Assembly (NCBI GenBank): GCA_965197585.1
Contig: OZ240215.1
Location: 2,720,001-2,784,000, forward strand
Source: Dehalococcoidia bacterium
Lineage (GTDB): Bacteria; Chloroflexota; Dehalococcoidia; Plut-88900
DNA length: 64,000 nucleotides
Direction: 5' to 3'
Below, piece by piece: positions 48,967 through 57,434 of this stretch; position 1 is the first letter of the stretch; each line of letters starts with the position of its first letter. The notes under the pieces were generated by a model. The model saw nothing but the letters and a program-made list of their open reading frames with translations, made no database searches and had not been told where the DNA came from. Position numbers and translations under genes: made by a program.

Positions 48967-51450
48967 ATGGCAGTAGCGGCGCCTAATCTGAAGAAGCACA
49001 CCCCGGACTTCGAGCCTCTGGGTGGTCTGCCGCGCTCTCAGTACGGGCCCAAGGAGGGGTGGCTCACCTTCGTCATAGTGCTGCTGCTGGTGCTGTCGGT
49101 GGTCTGGTCGGTGGAGACGGCCCACTGGCTGGATGGGATGCCTTCTTACAGCATAACGTCGATTATTGCGGTGCTCACCGGAATGCTGCTTGCCAAGATA
49201 AAAACACGGGCGATATTCCTGCACGGGGGCAGCATCCTGTTGGCGTACGTGCTGATGGTCTGGCAGACGCGGTACCTGACTCCGGACGGGTGGTTCATAG
49301 TCAAGACCAGCGACATGGTGAGCAGGTTCCAGGTATGGGTGACGGCGGCGGAGTCGGGGGGGATTAGCGCGGACCCGCTACCCTTCGTGATCATCGTATT
49401 CATATTTACATGGATCGTTACTTACGTGGCGTCGTGGTTCGTGTTCCGGTCGCTGAGGTTCTGGCCGGCGGTGATCCCTGCGGGCCTCGCGCTGTTCCTC
49501 AACCTGCTCTATCTCCCCGAGAAGTTCTGGGTATTCTTCTACATGTTCATCCTGATGGTGATCCTGCTTTCCATGAGGATGTACTTTCTGCGGAAGAGGG
49601 CGGCGTGGGACCGTAAGGAGGTGCCCTACGTCAGGGGCATTTCGCCGGCGTTCGGGTTCACGACGCTGCTACTGGCCGGGGTGATGATGCTGTCCGTGGT
49701 GCTGGTGCCTCGCACGGACTTCGGGCCCGACGTTATGAAAAAGGGCTGGTCGGTCATGAGCATCCCGTGGAAGGCCATGGAGACCGAGCTGGGCCGGGTA
49801 TTGTCCTTCTTACCGGCGCAGATACCGTATACGATCCACAAGTTCGGGGATGCGTTCCCGTTCAGGGGGGCGAGCAATCTCGGGGACCACGTGGTGATGC
49901 AGATATCGTCGGGCCAGCCGGCTTACTGGAGAGCAGAAACCTTCGACATCTACACGCCAAAGGGGTGGCTGACAGGAGAGAGGGTCGACCTAAACGAGGC
50001 GTTCCTGCCGGGAGAGGACGAGGAGATAGCGGTCTACAGCGGTACGGAGCTTATCGAGCAGTCGGTGGAGATGGGGGTGAGCTCGGATGCGATCTTTGCG
50101 GGTGCAAACCCGCTGCATGCTACACGGAGGTTCGAGATAGAGATCTCGCCGCCTATGACGTTCGAGATAAACCTGTCCGAGCCGACGGACTTCGAGGCAT
50201 TTCCTGAAGAGCTGAGGCCCGTGGCCCGGGCCATAAGGGCCGATGCCGAAAGTGGCACGCTCACCTTCACCAGGGCTCTGGAGGCAATGCCGGAGGATAC
50301 GATAATCCAGGAAATAGTGCGGGACGGGAGCAGGGCCAGCAAGGTAATCCTGTCCCGGAAGCCGCCTAACCCACCGGACATCACGGCTTTGCGTCCCCAA
50401 AGAGACCTGAACCCCACCGACACCTATGATGCCATCTCCTACACTTCTATAGCGTCGGAGGAGGCGTTGATGGAAGCAGGAACGGACTACCCGTCCTGGG
50501 TGACGGACAGGTACCTGCAGCTGCCGGACGATCTGCCGCGGAGGGTGCGGGGACTGGCGGAGGGGCTGACGGACAATAGGGACAATCCGTACGACAAGGC
50601 GATAGCGATCAGGAACTGGCTGAGAAAGATACCGTTCTACACGACGGACATAGAAGCGCCACCGGAAGAAGCGGACGGAGTGGACTACTTCCTGTTCGAG
50701 ACCAAGAGGGGGTACAGCAGCTACTTCTCGTCGTCGATGGTGGTGATGTTGAGGGCGGTCGGGATACCTTCGCGGCTGGCGGTGGGGTACTCGACGGGCG
50801 GGTGGGACGATGAGACGAGCCGATATGTAGTGATCAGCGCCAACGCCCACTCGTGGCCCGAGGCTTACTTCCCGGACTATGGTTGGATCACCTTCGAACC
50901 CGTGCCGCAGAACGACGTGATAATACGCGGAGGGTTCATCAAAGGAGATGAAGAGGAAGGCATCGAAGACGTGGCCCGTTTGATGCAGGGCGGCGACCCG
51001 CCGGGCGTGGGACAGGATGTCCTCAGCCCCGTTGGAAGGCTATCCCTGGGGCCGATTCCGGGCTGGGGGATTGTGGCAGTCGTCGCTGTAATAGCCGGGG
51101 TGGCGCTAGTTTTCCTAAGCCTAATCGTGTGGCTGGGGTACGGACTTAGAAAGCTGGGGGTTTCGGCGCAGGTCTACGGGAAAATGGCAAGGATGGCGAG
51201 ACTTGCGGGTCACGGACCACGAGCCACGGACACTCCAAGGGAGTTCGCGTTGAACCTGGCGGTGGCAATGGACTCGGTGGACGGGCACATCGAACGGATT
51301 GGGGAGGTGTATGGGGCTCGGAACTACAGGTCGACGCCTCTGTCGGAGAGAGAACGGGAGTCGTTGGCCGGGGACTGGGACGCACTGCGACGGCAACTGT
51401 TCATCTGGTCCATCAAACGCAGGCTTACCGGTTGGAGAAACAAAGAATGA
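48967..51450 (+). CDS. TgpA-like membrane transglutaminase-domain protein
   Basis: Multiple TMs, YWRAETFD, VDYFLFE, MLRAVGIPSRLAVGY, AHSWPE, GWITFEP. Confidence 0.9.
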   Translation: MAVAAPNLKKHTPDFEPLGGLPRSQYGPKEGWLTFVIVLLLVLSVVWSVETAHWLDGMPSYSITSIIAVLTGMLLAKIKTRAIFLHGGSILLAYVLMVWQTRYLTPDGWFIVKTSDMVSRFQVWVTAAESGGISADPLPFVIIVFIFTWIVTYVASWFVFRSLRFWPAVIPAGLALFLNLLYLPEKFWVFFYMFILMVILLSMRMYFLRKRAAWDRKEVPYVRGISPAFGFTTLLLAGVMMLSVVLVPRTDFGPDVMKKGWSVMSIPWKAMETELGRVLSFLPAQIPYTIHKFGDAFPFRGASNLGDHVVMQISSGQPAYWRAETFDIYTPKGWLTGERVDLNEAFLPGEDEEIAVYSGTELIEQSVEMGVSSDAIFAGANPLHATRRFEIEISPPMTFEINLSEPTDFEAFPEELRPVARAIRADAESGTLTFTRALEAMPEDTIIQEIVRDGSRASKVILSRKPPNPPDITALRPQRDLNPTDTYDAISYTSIASEEALMEAGTDYPSWVTDRYLQLPDDLPRRVRGLAEGLTDNRDNPYDKAIAIRNWLRKIPFYTTDIEAPPEEADGVDYFLFETKRGYSSYFSSSMVVMLRAVGIPSRLAVGYSTGGWDDETSRYVVISANAHSWPEAYFPDYGWITFEPVPQNDVIIRGGFIKGDEEEGIEDVARLMQGGDPPGVGQDVLSPVGRLSLGPIPGWGIVAVVAVIAGVALVFLSLIVWLGYGLRKLGVSAQVYGKMARMARLAGHGPRATDTPREFALNLAVAMDSVDGHIERIGEVYGARNYRSTPLSERERESLAGDWDALRRQLFIWSIKRRLTGWRNKE

Positions 51451-51959
51451 AGTATACGGTCTTAGAGACACCGATGGGGTGGATGGGGGTGGTGGCCTCG
51501 GAGGCGGGGGTGCGGAGACTGACTATTCCGCTGCCGACACCCGACGAGGCCATGAGCGATATCCAGCATGATCTTGGCGGCGCGGAGCTAGACAACGACT
51601 ATTTCATAGAATTGGATGAAAAGTTGCAACGGCTCTTCTCCGGGGAAGACGTACCCGTGGAAGATGCGGACCTGGACCTGCCACAGGCCCCGGAGTTCAC
51701 ACGGGCCGTTTGGAAGGCCACCCGGGAAATCCCCCACGGGGAGACGCGCAGTTATGGCGACCTGGCAGCGGCAGTGGGACGGCCGCGAGGGGCACGGGCG
51801 GTAGGGCAAGTAATGGCGTCCAATCCTGTGGCGGTATTGATCCCATGCCATCGGGTCATAGCCAGCGACCGGGGGCTGGGTGGATACGGCGGCCACATCG
51901 AGATGAAGAAGCGGCTCCTGAAACTGGAGGGGGCCGAAGGGGTGCGGGGGCTCTCCTGA
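51447..51959 (+). CDS. ogt: Methylated-DNA--protein-cysteine methyltransferase
   Basis: IPHGETRSYG, ARAVG, IPCHRVI, LGGYGG. Confidence 0.93.
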   Translation: MKYTVLETPMGWMGVVASEAGVRRLTIPLPTPDEAMSDIQHDLGGAELDNDYFIELDEKLQRLFSGEDVPVEDADLDLPQAPEFTRAVWKATREIPHGETRSYGDLAAAVGRPRGARAVGQVMASNPVAVLIPCHRVIASDRGLGGYGGHIEMKKRLLKLEGAEGVRGLS

Positions 51960-51975
51960 GCGCCCTCCACAACTC

Positions 51976-53976
51976 GTGACTACTACGCCAGGTCCCAACT
52001 CCGAGGAAGTCCACCCGCGCTTTCCACTGCTTTTCAGCCCCATAAGGGTGGGAAGTCTCACGCTCCGCGGCAGGATAGTGAACACGGCCCACGGGACGGG
52101 GTTCACAAAAGACCACCTCTTCACCGACCAGCACGTGCATTACTACGCGGAGCGGGCTCGGGGCGGGGCAGCGATGATCATCACTGAGAGCGCGTCGATA
52201 CACCCAACGAGCAACATCGGGACTCAGGACACGCTCTGGGGATTCGAACGGGCCATCATCCCGTCCTATCGGAAGATTGCGGAAGCGGTGCACGGGCACG
52301 GGGCAAAGGTGGTGGTTCAGCTTAGCCACCAAGGCCGGCAGGGAGGCTCTGTAGAAGGGTTGCCGAGGTGGGCGCCGTCCTCGGTCGCGTCTCGAGAGTC
52401 GAGCTACGGGAACAACGAAGTCCCCCACGAAATGGACTCTTCGGAGATAGAGGAGTTGGTGAGGGCATTTGCCTTGTGCGCGGGATTCGCGGAGGAGGGC
52501 GGGTTCGACGGTGTGGAGCTTCACGGCGCGCACGGCAACCTGATCCACCAGTTCCTTTCGCCACTGACGAATCATCGGGCGGACGAGTATGGGGGTGGGC
52601 TGGACAACAGGCTCAGGTTTGCGATGGAAGTAGTCAGTGCAGTACGGGGAGGGGTGGGGCGAGGGTTCGTGGTCGGGATGCGAATAAGCGGGGACGAGTT
52701 CGTGGACGGAGGTCTGGACCTTGAGCAGATGAAGGAGGCAGCGAGGCGGCTGACGGCGGAAGGGCAGGTGGACTACCTGAACGTGAGCAACAGCACCTAC
52801 TCGGACCTTGGAAGCATGGCGAACCACATGCCGTCCATGTACTATCGGCCGGCGCAATTTTCGCACGTGTGGGAAGGGATAAAGAGCGCGGTAAATGTCC
52901 CAGTTCTGGGTATGGGCCGCATTAACACGCCCGAGTTGGCTGAAACGCTGCTATCGGAAGGGAAGACCGACCTTATCGGTATGGTGAGGGAGCTTATAGC
53001 CGACCCTCGGCTTCCGGAGAAGGCCAGGGCAGGAGCGGTTGAGCAGATCAGGCCGTGCATCGGATGCATGCAAAGCTGCATAGGGCGGAGGACCAAGGGG
53101 ATCCATATCACGTGCATCCATAACCCGGTCACGGGCCGGGAGGGAATTTGGGGTGAGATAGATGCTGCCCCGGTAGCGAAGTCGGTGCTGGTGGTGGGTG
53201 GTGGGCCGGGAGGACTGGAAGCGGCGACGATTTCGGCGCGGCGGGGGCATAAGGTGACGCTCGTCGAGAAGACTTCTCGGCTGGGAGGCCAGGCGCTAAC
53301 CGCGTCTCGTGGCCCGATGCGGACCCAATTCGGAGAAATAGCCACGTTCGGAGAGGCTGAGGCCCGAAGGGCGGGGGTGGATATACGGCTGGATACGGAG
53401 GCGACGGTGGAGTCGGCGCTCGAATTCGGGGCCGACGTTGTGGTGGTGGCGACGGGGGCAGAAGCGTACTTGGGGATGGAAGGTTCGGCATCGGGGCCTG
53501 TTCTGATGACGGCAAATGAAGTGCTCGATGGAGACATCCCGAACAACCGCGAAGTGCTGGTGGTCGATACCCAGGGTATGCATCCCGGGAGCGATGTTTC
53601 GGAGTTGCTGCTGGACCACGGGAACCGAGTCGAGATGGCGACCACGGCACCCTACGCGGGATCCAACCTCCAGCCGATGGTGTGGCGGGTAATCTACGAA
53701 CGGCTGCTGAACAAGGGCCTTGAGGTGTCGGCGTTTACGGAGGTGGTGGGGATGGGGGAGGGGTCGGTGAAATTGAGGAGCACGATCACGGGGAAGGAGG
53801 GGAGTCGGGAGGGGGTGGACGTGGTGGTGTTCGCCGACAATCGGCGGGCGGTCGATGGGTTGTACAAGGGGCTGAAGGGTCGGGTGGGGGAGCTATATGC
53901 AGTCGGGGACTGCCTGGCTCCTCGTACGGTAGAGCAGGCTATGTACGAAGGGCACGAGGTGGGGCGGGGGATTTGA
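51976..53976 (+). CDS. NADH:flavin oxidoreductase (OYE/FadH-like, Fe-S and FAD domains)
   Basis: YYAERARGG, GFDGVELHGAHG, NHRADEYGG, CIGCMQSC...CIHNP, GGGPGG. Confidence 0.92.
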   Translation: MTTTPGPNSEEVHPRFPLLFSPIRVGSLTLRGRIVNTAHGTGFTKDHLFTDQHVHYYAERARGGAAMIITESASIHPTSNIGTQDTLWGFERAIIPSYRKIAEAVHGHGAKVVVQLSHQGRQGGSVEGLPRWAPSSVASRESSYGNNEVPHEMDSSEIEELVRAFALCAGFAEEGGFDGVELHGAHGNLIHQFLSPLTNHRADEYGGGLDNRLRFAMEVVSAVRGGVGRGFVVGMRISGDEFVDGGLDLEQMKEAARRLTAEGQVDYLNVSNSTYSDLGSMANHMPSMYYRPAQFSHVWEGIKSAVNVPVLGMGRINTPELAETLLSEGKTDLIGMVRELIADPRLPEKARAGAVEQIRPCIGCMQSCIGRRTKGIHITCIHNPVTGREGIWGEIDAAPVAKSVLVVGGGPGGLEAATISARRGHKVTLVEKTSRLGGQALTASRGPMRTQFGEIATFGEAEARRAGVDIRLDTEATVESALEFGADVVVVATGAEAYLGMEGSASGPVLMTANEVLDGDIPNNREVLVVDTQGMHPGSDVSELLLDHGNRVEMATTAPYAGSNLQPMVWRVIYERLLNKGLEVSAFTEVVGMGEGSVKLRSTITGKEGSREGVDVVVFADNRRAVDGLYKGLKGRVGELYAVGDCLAPRTVEQAMYEGHEVGRGI

Positions 53977-54000
53977 GGTATGATTCGACAGGGATAATAG

Positions 54001-54405
54001 ATGCCGATACCTTTCGAATTGATCATGGAACAGACTCCTGTATCTTACCAAACACGCAAAAAAGAGCGGCGTGGCAATTGGCGACAGGATGTGGAGAGCG
54101 CCGCAAGGCAAGTTTGGGGCCTGGAGTCTCCGGTTACCGCATCTGTAATGATTACCATCACATATATTTTTGACGACACACCAATTGACCTAGATAATAT
54201 GGCCAAGCCCATTCTTGATGGATTGAAGGGAGTAGTCTTTCAAGATGATCGTCAAGTATTTGATTTGCTTTGTCGCATGAGAGATAGAAAGAAGAATTTG
54301 AGATTTCGCCGTGCGTCGCCAGAGTTGCTTAGCGCTCTTGCAACTTCCAAGCAAGCGCTACATATCAAAGTAGAGGCCATGCAGGAATTGGAGGTGGAAT
54401 TTTGA
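54001..54405 (+). CDS. RusA-family endonuclease
   Basis: DLDNMAKPILDGLKGVVFQDDRQV; AT-richer. Confidence 0.85.
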   Translation: MPIPFELIMEQTPVSYQTRKKERRGNWRQDVESAARQVWGLESPVTASVMITITYIFDDTPIDLDNMAKPILDGLKGVVFQDDRQVFDLLCRMRDRKKNLRFRRASPELLSALATSKQALHIKVEAMQELEVEF

Positions 54406-55058
54406 TAGTCGATGTGCCCAATTCCGAATACATGCTAACCCGCCAGATAGCCGAGGAGTATCGGGGTAAGGGTTACCAGGTTTCTATAGGGCCTGCTCTT
54501 GATTTCCTAGACGGTTTCCGAGTGGACTTGGTTGTACACAAGGGTGACGAGACTAAAGTAATAGAAGTCAAGACCAGGGCTTCCCTAGCTGCGGACCGCA
54601 AAATCAGAGAATTAACAGAATCCATCGACTCAAAGCCAGGGTGGAGTTTCGAACTAGTGCTGGTTGGTGAGCCGGAGAATCTCTACGCGCCACCAGGTGC
54701 GGCGCCTTTTGAACAAGAGAAGATCGTTGAACGAGTTGAGGAAGCTGAAAAAGCGCTAGAAGCGGGTCTTTGGGAAGCTGCTTTCATGCTAGCGTGGTCG
54801 GCGTGTGAGGCCGCGACAAGAATATTGCTTGTTAATGAAGGGGTTTCAAAAGAAGGCATCACGTCGGCAAGCTACGTGGTGAATCAGGCTCGATACCTTG
54901 GATTACTTTCAAGGGACGACTATCTCAACTTGGCAGACATGGAGGCCCATCGGAACGCGATTGTGCATGGGTTTAGTCACGATGAGATAGGTAAAGAGCA
55001 CGTTGTCAGGCTGCTTGAGACTGCGCGCAATCTGATGAGCGACGGTACTCTCAAGTAA
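54402..55058 (+). CDS. REase (AHJR-like) domain fused to HEPN-like domain
   Basis: YRGKGY...DLVV...IEVKT and C-terminal RNAIVH (Rx4H). Confidence 0.75.
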   Translation: MIVDVPNSEYMLTRQIAEEYRGKGYQVSIGPALDFLDGFRVDLVVHKGDETKVIEVKTRASLAADRKIRELTESIDSKPGWSFELVLVGEPENLYAPPGAAPFEQEKIVERVEEAEKALEAGLWEAAFMLAWSACEAATRILLVNEGVSKEGITSASYVVNQARYLGLLSRDDYLNLADMEAHRNAIVHGFSHDEIGKEHVVRLLETARNLMSDGTLK

Positions 55059-55104
55059 CTGCTTGATGGGATTTTTTGTGGCTCCACCCCACCCACCCCA
55101 AGAA

Positions 55105-55193
55105 CCCTCTCCCCCTTAGGGCCTTCAAGGGAGAGGAGGTGAGATGAATAGGGGCAAACACCTGCTAGTAATCGCAGGTGTTTGCCCCTAATT
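55105..55193. repeat. REP-like mosaic related to 44563-44673
   Basis: Shared 21-bp core and hairpin TAGGGGCAAACACCTGC...GCAGGTGTTTGCCCCTA. Confidence 0.75.
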
Positions 55194-55272
55194 CAGTACC
55201 GGGGGGAATAGAGAAATGAACCTACGGCAGGTAGTGTCGCCGAGAGAGCGGTTGGTCGGATAGACTGCGGGT

Positions 55273-56148
55273 ATGAACGCTTTTCCCCTGGGGTTGATGC
55301 TGCTCTCCGCCCTTTTCCATTCGACGTGGAACCTGCTGCTGAAACGCTCCGATAACCAGGAAGCGTTTGTGTTGGGGATAGTCGTAAGTGGAAGCGTGAT
55401 GTTCGTGCCCTTGGGCATCGTTCTGTTCTGGCTATACCCGATAGATCCTCCGGGATACTTGTTCGCGCTGGTTTCCACAGGGTTTCAGAGTTTCTATTTC
55501 GTAATGCTGGGGCGGGCCTACTCCGGAGGTGATCTCTCACTGATCTATCCCGTGGCCCGGGGCATTGGCCCCATGCTGGTACCCATTCTGGCAGTGCCGC
55601 TGTTGGGGGAAAGAGTGGCGTGGCCCGCAATTATCGGGATTGCCCTGATAGTCGGCGGGATATACGTCGTTTCCTGGTGGGGCCGATTCCGGCAGATCAT
55701 TGCCAGGCCGTCGACGCTGCTGCGAGATCGGGGTATCGGTTTTGCCGTGCTTGCCGGAATGGCGATAACCGGTTACTCGCTGGTGGACAAGCGCGGCGTG
55801 GAGCACGTTCAACCTTTCCTCTATATGTACATGCAGACTATTGGGGGCGCTTTGGCCCTGGCCCCGTACGTAGTACGCAGGCATGGTTTGGCCTCGGTGA
55901 GGCGGGAGTGGAGAACGAACACCAGGGCAGTTTTGGCAGCGGGTGTACTGGTCTTTGTCGCTTACGGGCTGGCGTTGACGGCATTCTCCCTGGCGCAGGT
56001 CAGCTATATGGCGCCGGCACGGGAGTCTGGCATTGTGATAGGGGTGCTATTGGGAGTCTTCGTGCTGAAAGAATCGTTTGGCAAAGGTCGACTGCTGGGC
56101 TCGGGCTTCATTGTGGGGGGGCTAGCGTTGATTGCGCTGTCTCCCTAA
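55273..56148 (+). CDS. EamA/DMT family transporter
   Basis: About 10 TMs; HSTWNLLLK, GDLSLIYPVARG, YSLVDK. Confidence 0.9.
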   Translation: MNAFPLGLMLLSALFHSTWNLLLKRSDNQEAFVLGIVVSGSVMFVPLGIVLFWLYPIDPPGYLFALVSTGFQSFYFVMLGRAYSGGDLSLIYPVARGIGPMLVPILAVPLLGERVAWPAIIGIALIVGGIYVVSWWGRFRQIIARPSTLLRDRGIGFAVLAGMAITGYSLVDKRGVEHVQPFLYMYMQTIGGALALAPYVVRRHGLASVRREWRTNTRAVLAAGVLVFVAYGLALTAFSLAQVSYMAPARESGIVIGVLLGVFVLKESFGKGRLLGSGFIVGGLALIALSP

Positions 56149-56183
56149 GCTCGCGTCGGTCCGCCCTCAGGTAGGCGTCGCGG

Positions 56184-56408
56184 TTAACAGGGCACAGGCT
56201 CGTCTACCTCTTCACCTTCGAGGACGGAGCGGGCTTCGTCAAGCATTTCTTCCTGAACGAGGATGCCGCAGGGTCGGATGGAGACGCCAAGAAAAGCGCT
56301 GGTGTCGCCGGGGTTGAGGCGAAATGGAATACCGCTGTAGGTGAGGAGGCCGCCCCACATTTCGGCGATGATCTGGTCGGGGGCGGTGGCTACTAGGACC
56401 CACTTCAT
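56184..56408 (-). CDS. DUF2007-like small protein
   Basis: MKWVLVATAPDQIIAEMWGGLLTYSGIP...ILVQEEMLDEARSVL. Confidence 0.7.
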   Translation of the reverse strand: MKWVLVATAPDQIIAEMWGGLLTYSGIPFRLNPGDTSAFLGVSIRPCGILVQEEMLDEARSVLEGEEVDEPVPC

Positions 56409-56432
56409 AAAACTGACCAGTACTGGGTCACT

Positions 56433-57395
56433 CTATTTGCGCACATCCTTCAGCTTTTCAATCTCGGGTCCGAATACGGCTTCAAATCTGAGAAGTTTGT
56501 CTATCATCCAAACTCGGGTTTCTTCCAGCTTTTCCTCGCTGTCATCAATGTTGCCAGCACAACTCAATTCTACGCGGCAGGCTATATTATCGTCTAAGCG
56601 ACGCCACTCTAGTTGTCCCAAGGTAGATTCTATTGAGTCTCTCCACTCTTCCAGTCGGTCAAAGCGTTGTTCATTCCTGTCCTTAGAATCTCCATCAAGG
56701 TTAAGCGCAACCTTAACCTTGTCTCCAGTTGCGAAGCTAGCACTATATCTAATCCCAGAAACGCCGGCACCAAAATTGTACCAGCTTTGAGGTTGTGCTT
56801 TTTTGGCGCCAGTAAATCTGTACTGCTCTCTCAAAGAGTCAAGGAGGGGCTGGAAAAACGTGCGATACCGTTCCATTCGATCCGATGGACCAGACCCTTG
56901 CCTACCAGCCCCTGTGCTCTTACGCCAGTTGTTGGGTGCAGACACGACATTAAAGTGTGGAGCAGCAGGGGATTCGTTGATTCTTAGTAGCTCAACGACA
57001 ACCCCGAAGAATCCCGTATCTTCGCCGGTACGTCGGTTTAGCCAATCCAAGGCATCCCTGTGCTCGTCCCGGAACTGCTTTGCTATCCAGACTACTATCT
57101 CTCCATCATAGCCTGACGCATAAGTCAGCAGCTTGCCTAAGTGATCGTGGTCAGTGTCTTCCAGTTGGTTTTCGATCACAACTTGGCGATTAGTGCCTGT
57201 TTCTCGGGCTAGAAGATCGAGAGAAAAGGATCCTACTGCGGCTTCCTCGGTCTGGAGTTCTAGGTCCAGCCCCAACTCATCGCCTAATAGATTCAGATTC
57301 TTGGCTAACCAAGGTGTGAAGTTACTGGCCTCATTCTGCCAAACTTCCCGTAGGTCAACCTTCTCGATTTTGCCTAACTCTTGTGAAATGACCAT
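56433..57395 (-). CDS. DUF4268-domain protein with N-terminal nuclease-like domain
   Basis: LREVWQNEASNFTPWL, DLLA...VIENQL, TDHDHLGKLLTYA. Confidence 0.8.
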   Translation of the reverse strand: MVISQELGKIEKVDLREVWQNEASNFTPWLAKNLNLLGDELGLDLELQTEEAAVGSFSLDLLARETGTNRQVVIENQLEDTDHDHLGKLLTYASGYDGEIVVWIAKQFRDEHRDALDWLNRRTGEDTGFFGVVVELLRINESPAAPHFNVVSAPNNWRKSTGAGRQGSGPSDRMERYRTFFQPLLDSLREQYRFTGAKKAQPQSWYNFGAGVSGIRYSASFATGDKVKVALNLDGDSKDRNEQRFDRLEEWRDSIESTLGQLEWRRLDDNIACRVELSCAGNIDDSEEKLEETRVWMIDKLLRFEAVFGPEIEKLKDVRK

Positions 57396-57434
57396 CGCTC
57401 TGTCTCTGTCCGTGCAGCTAAAGGTAGGTGCAAA

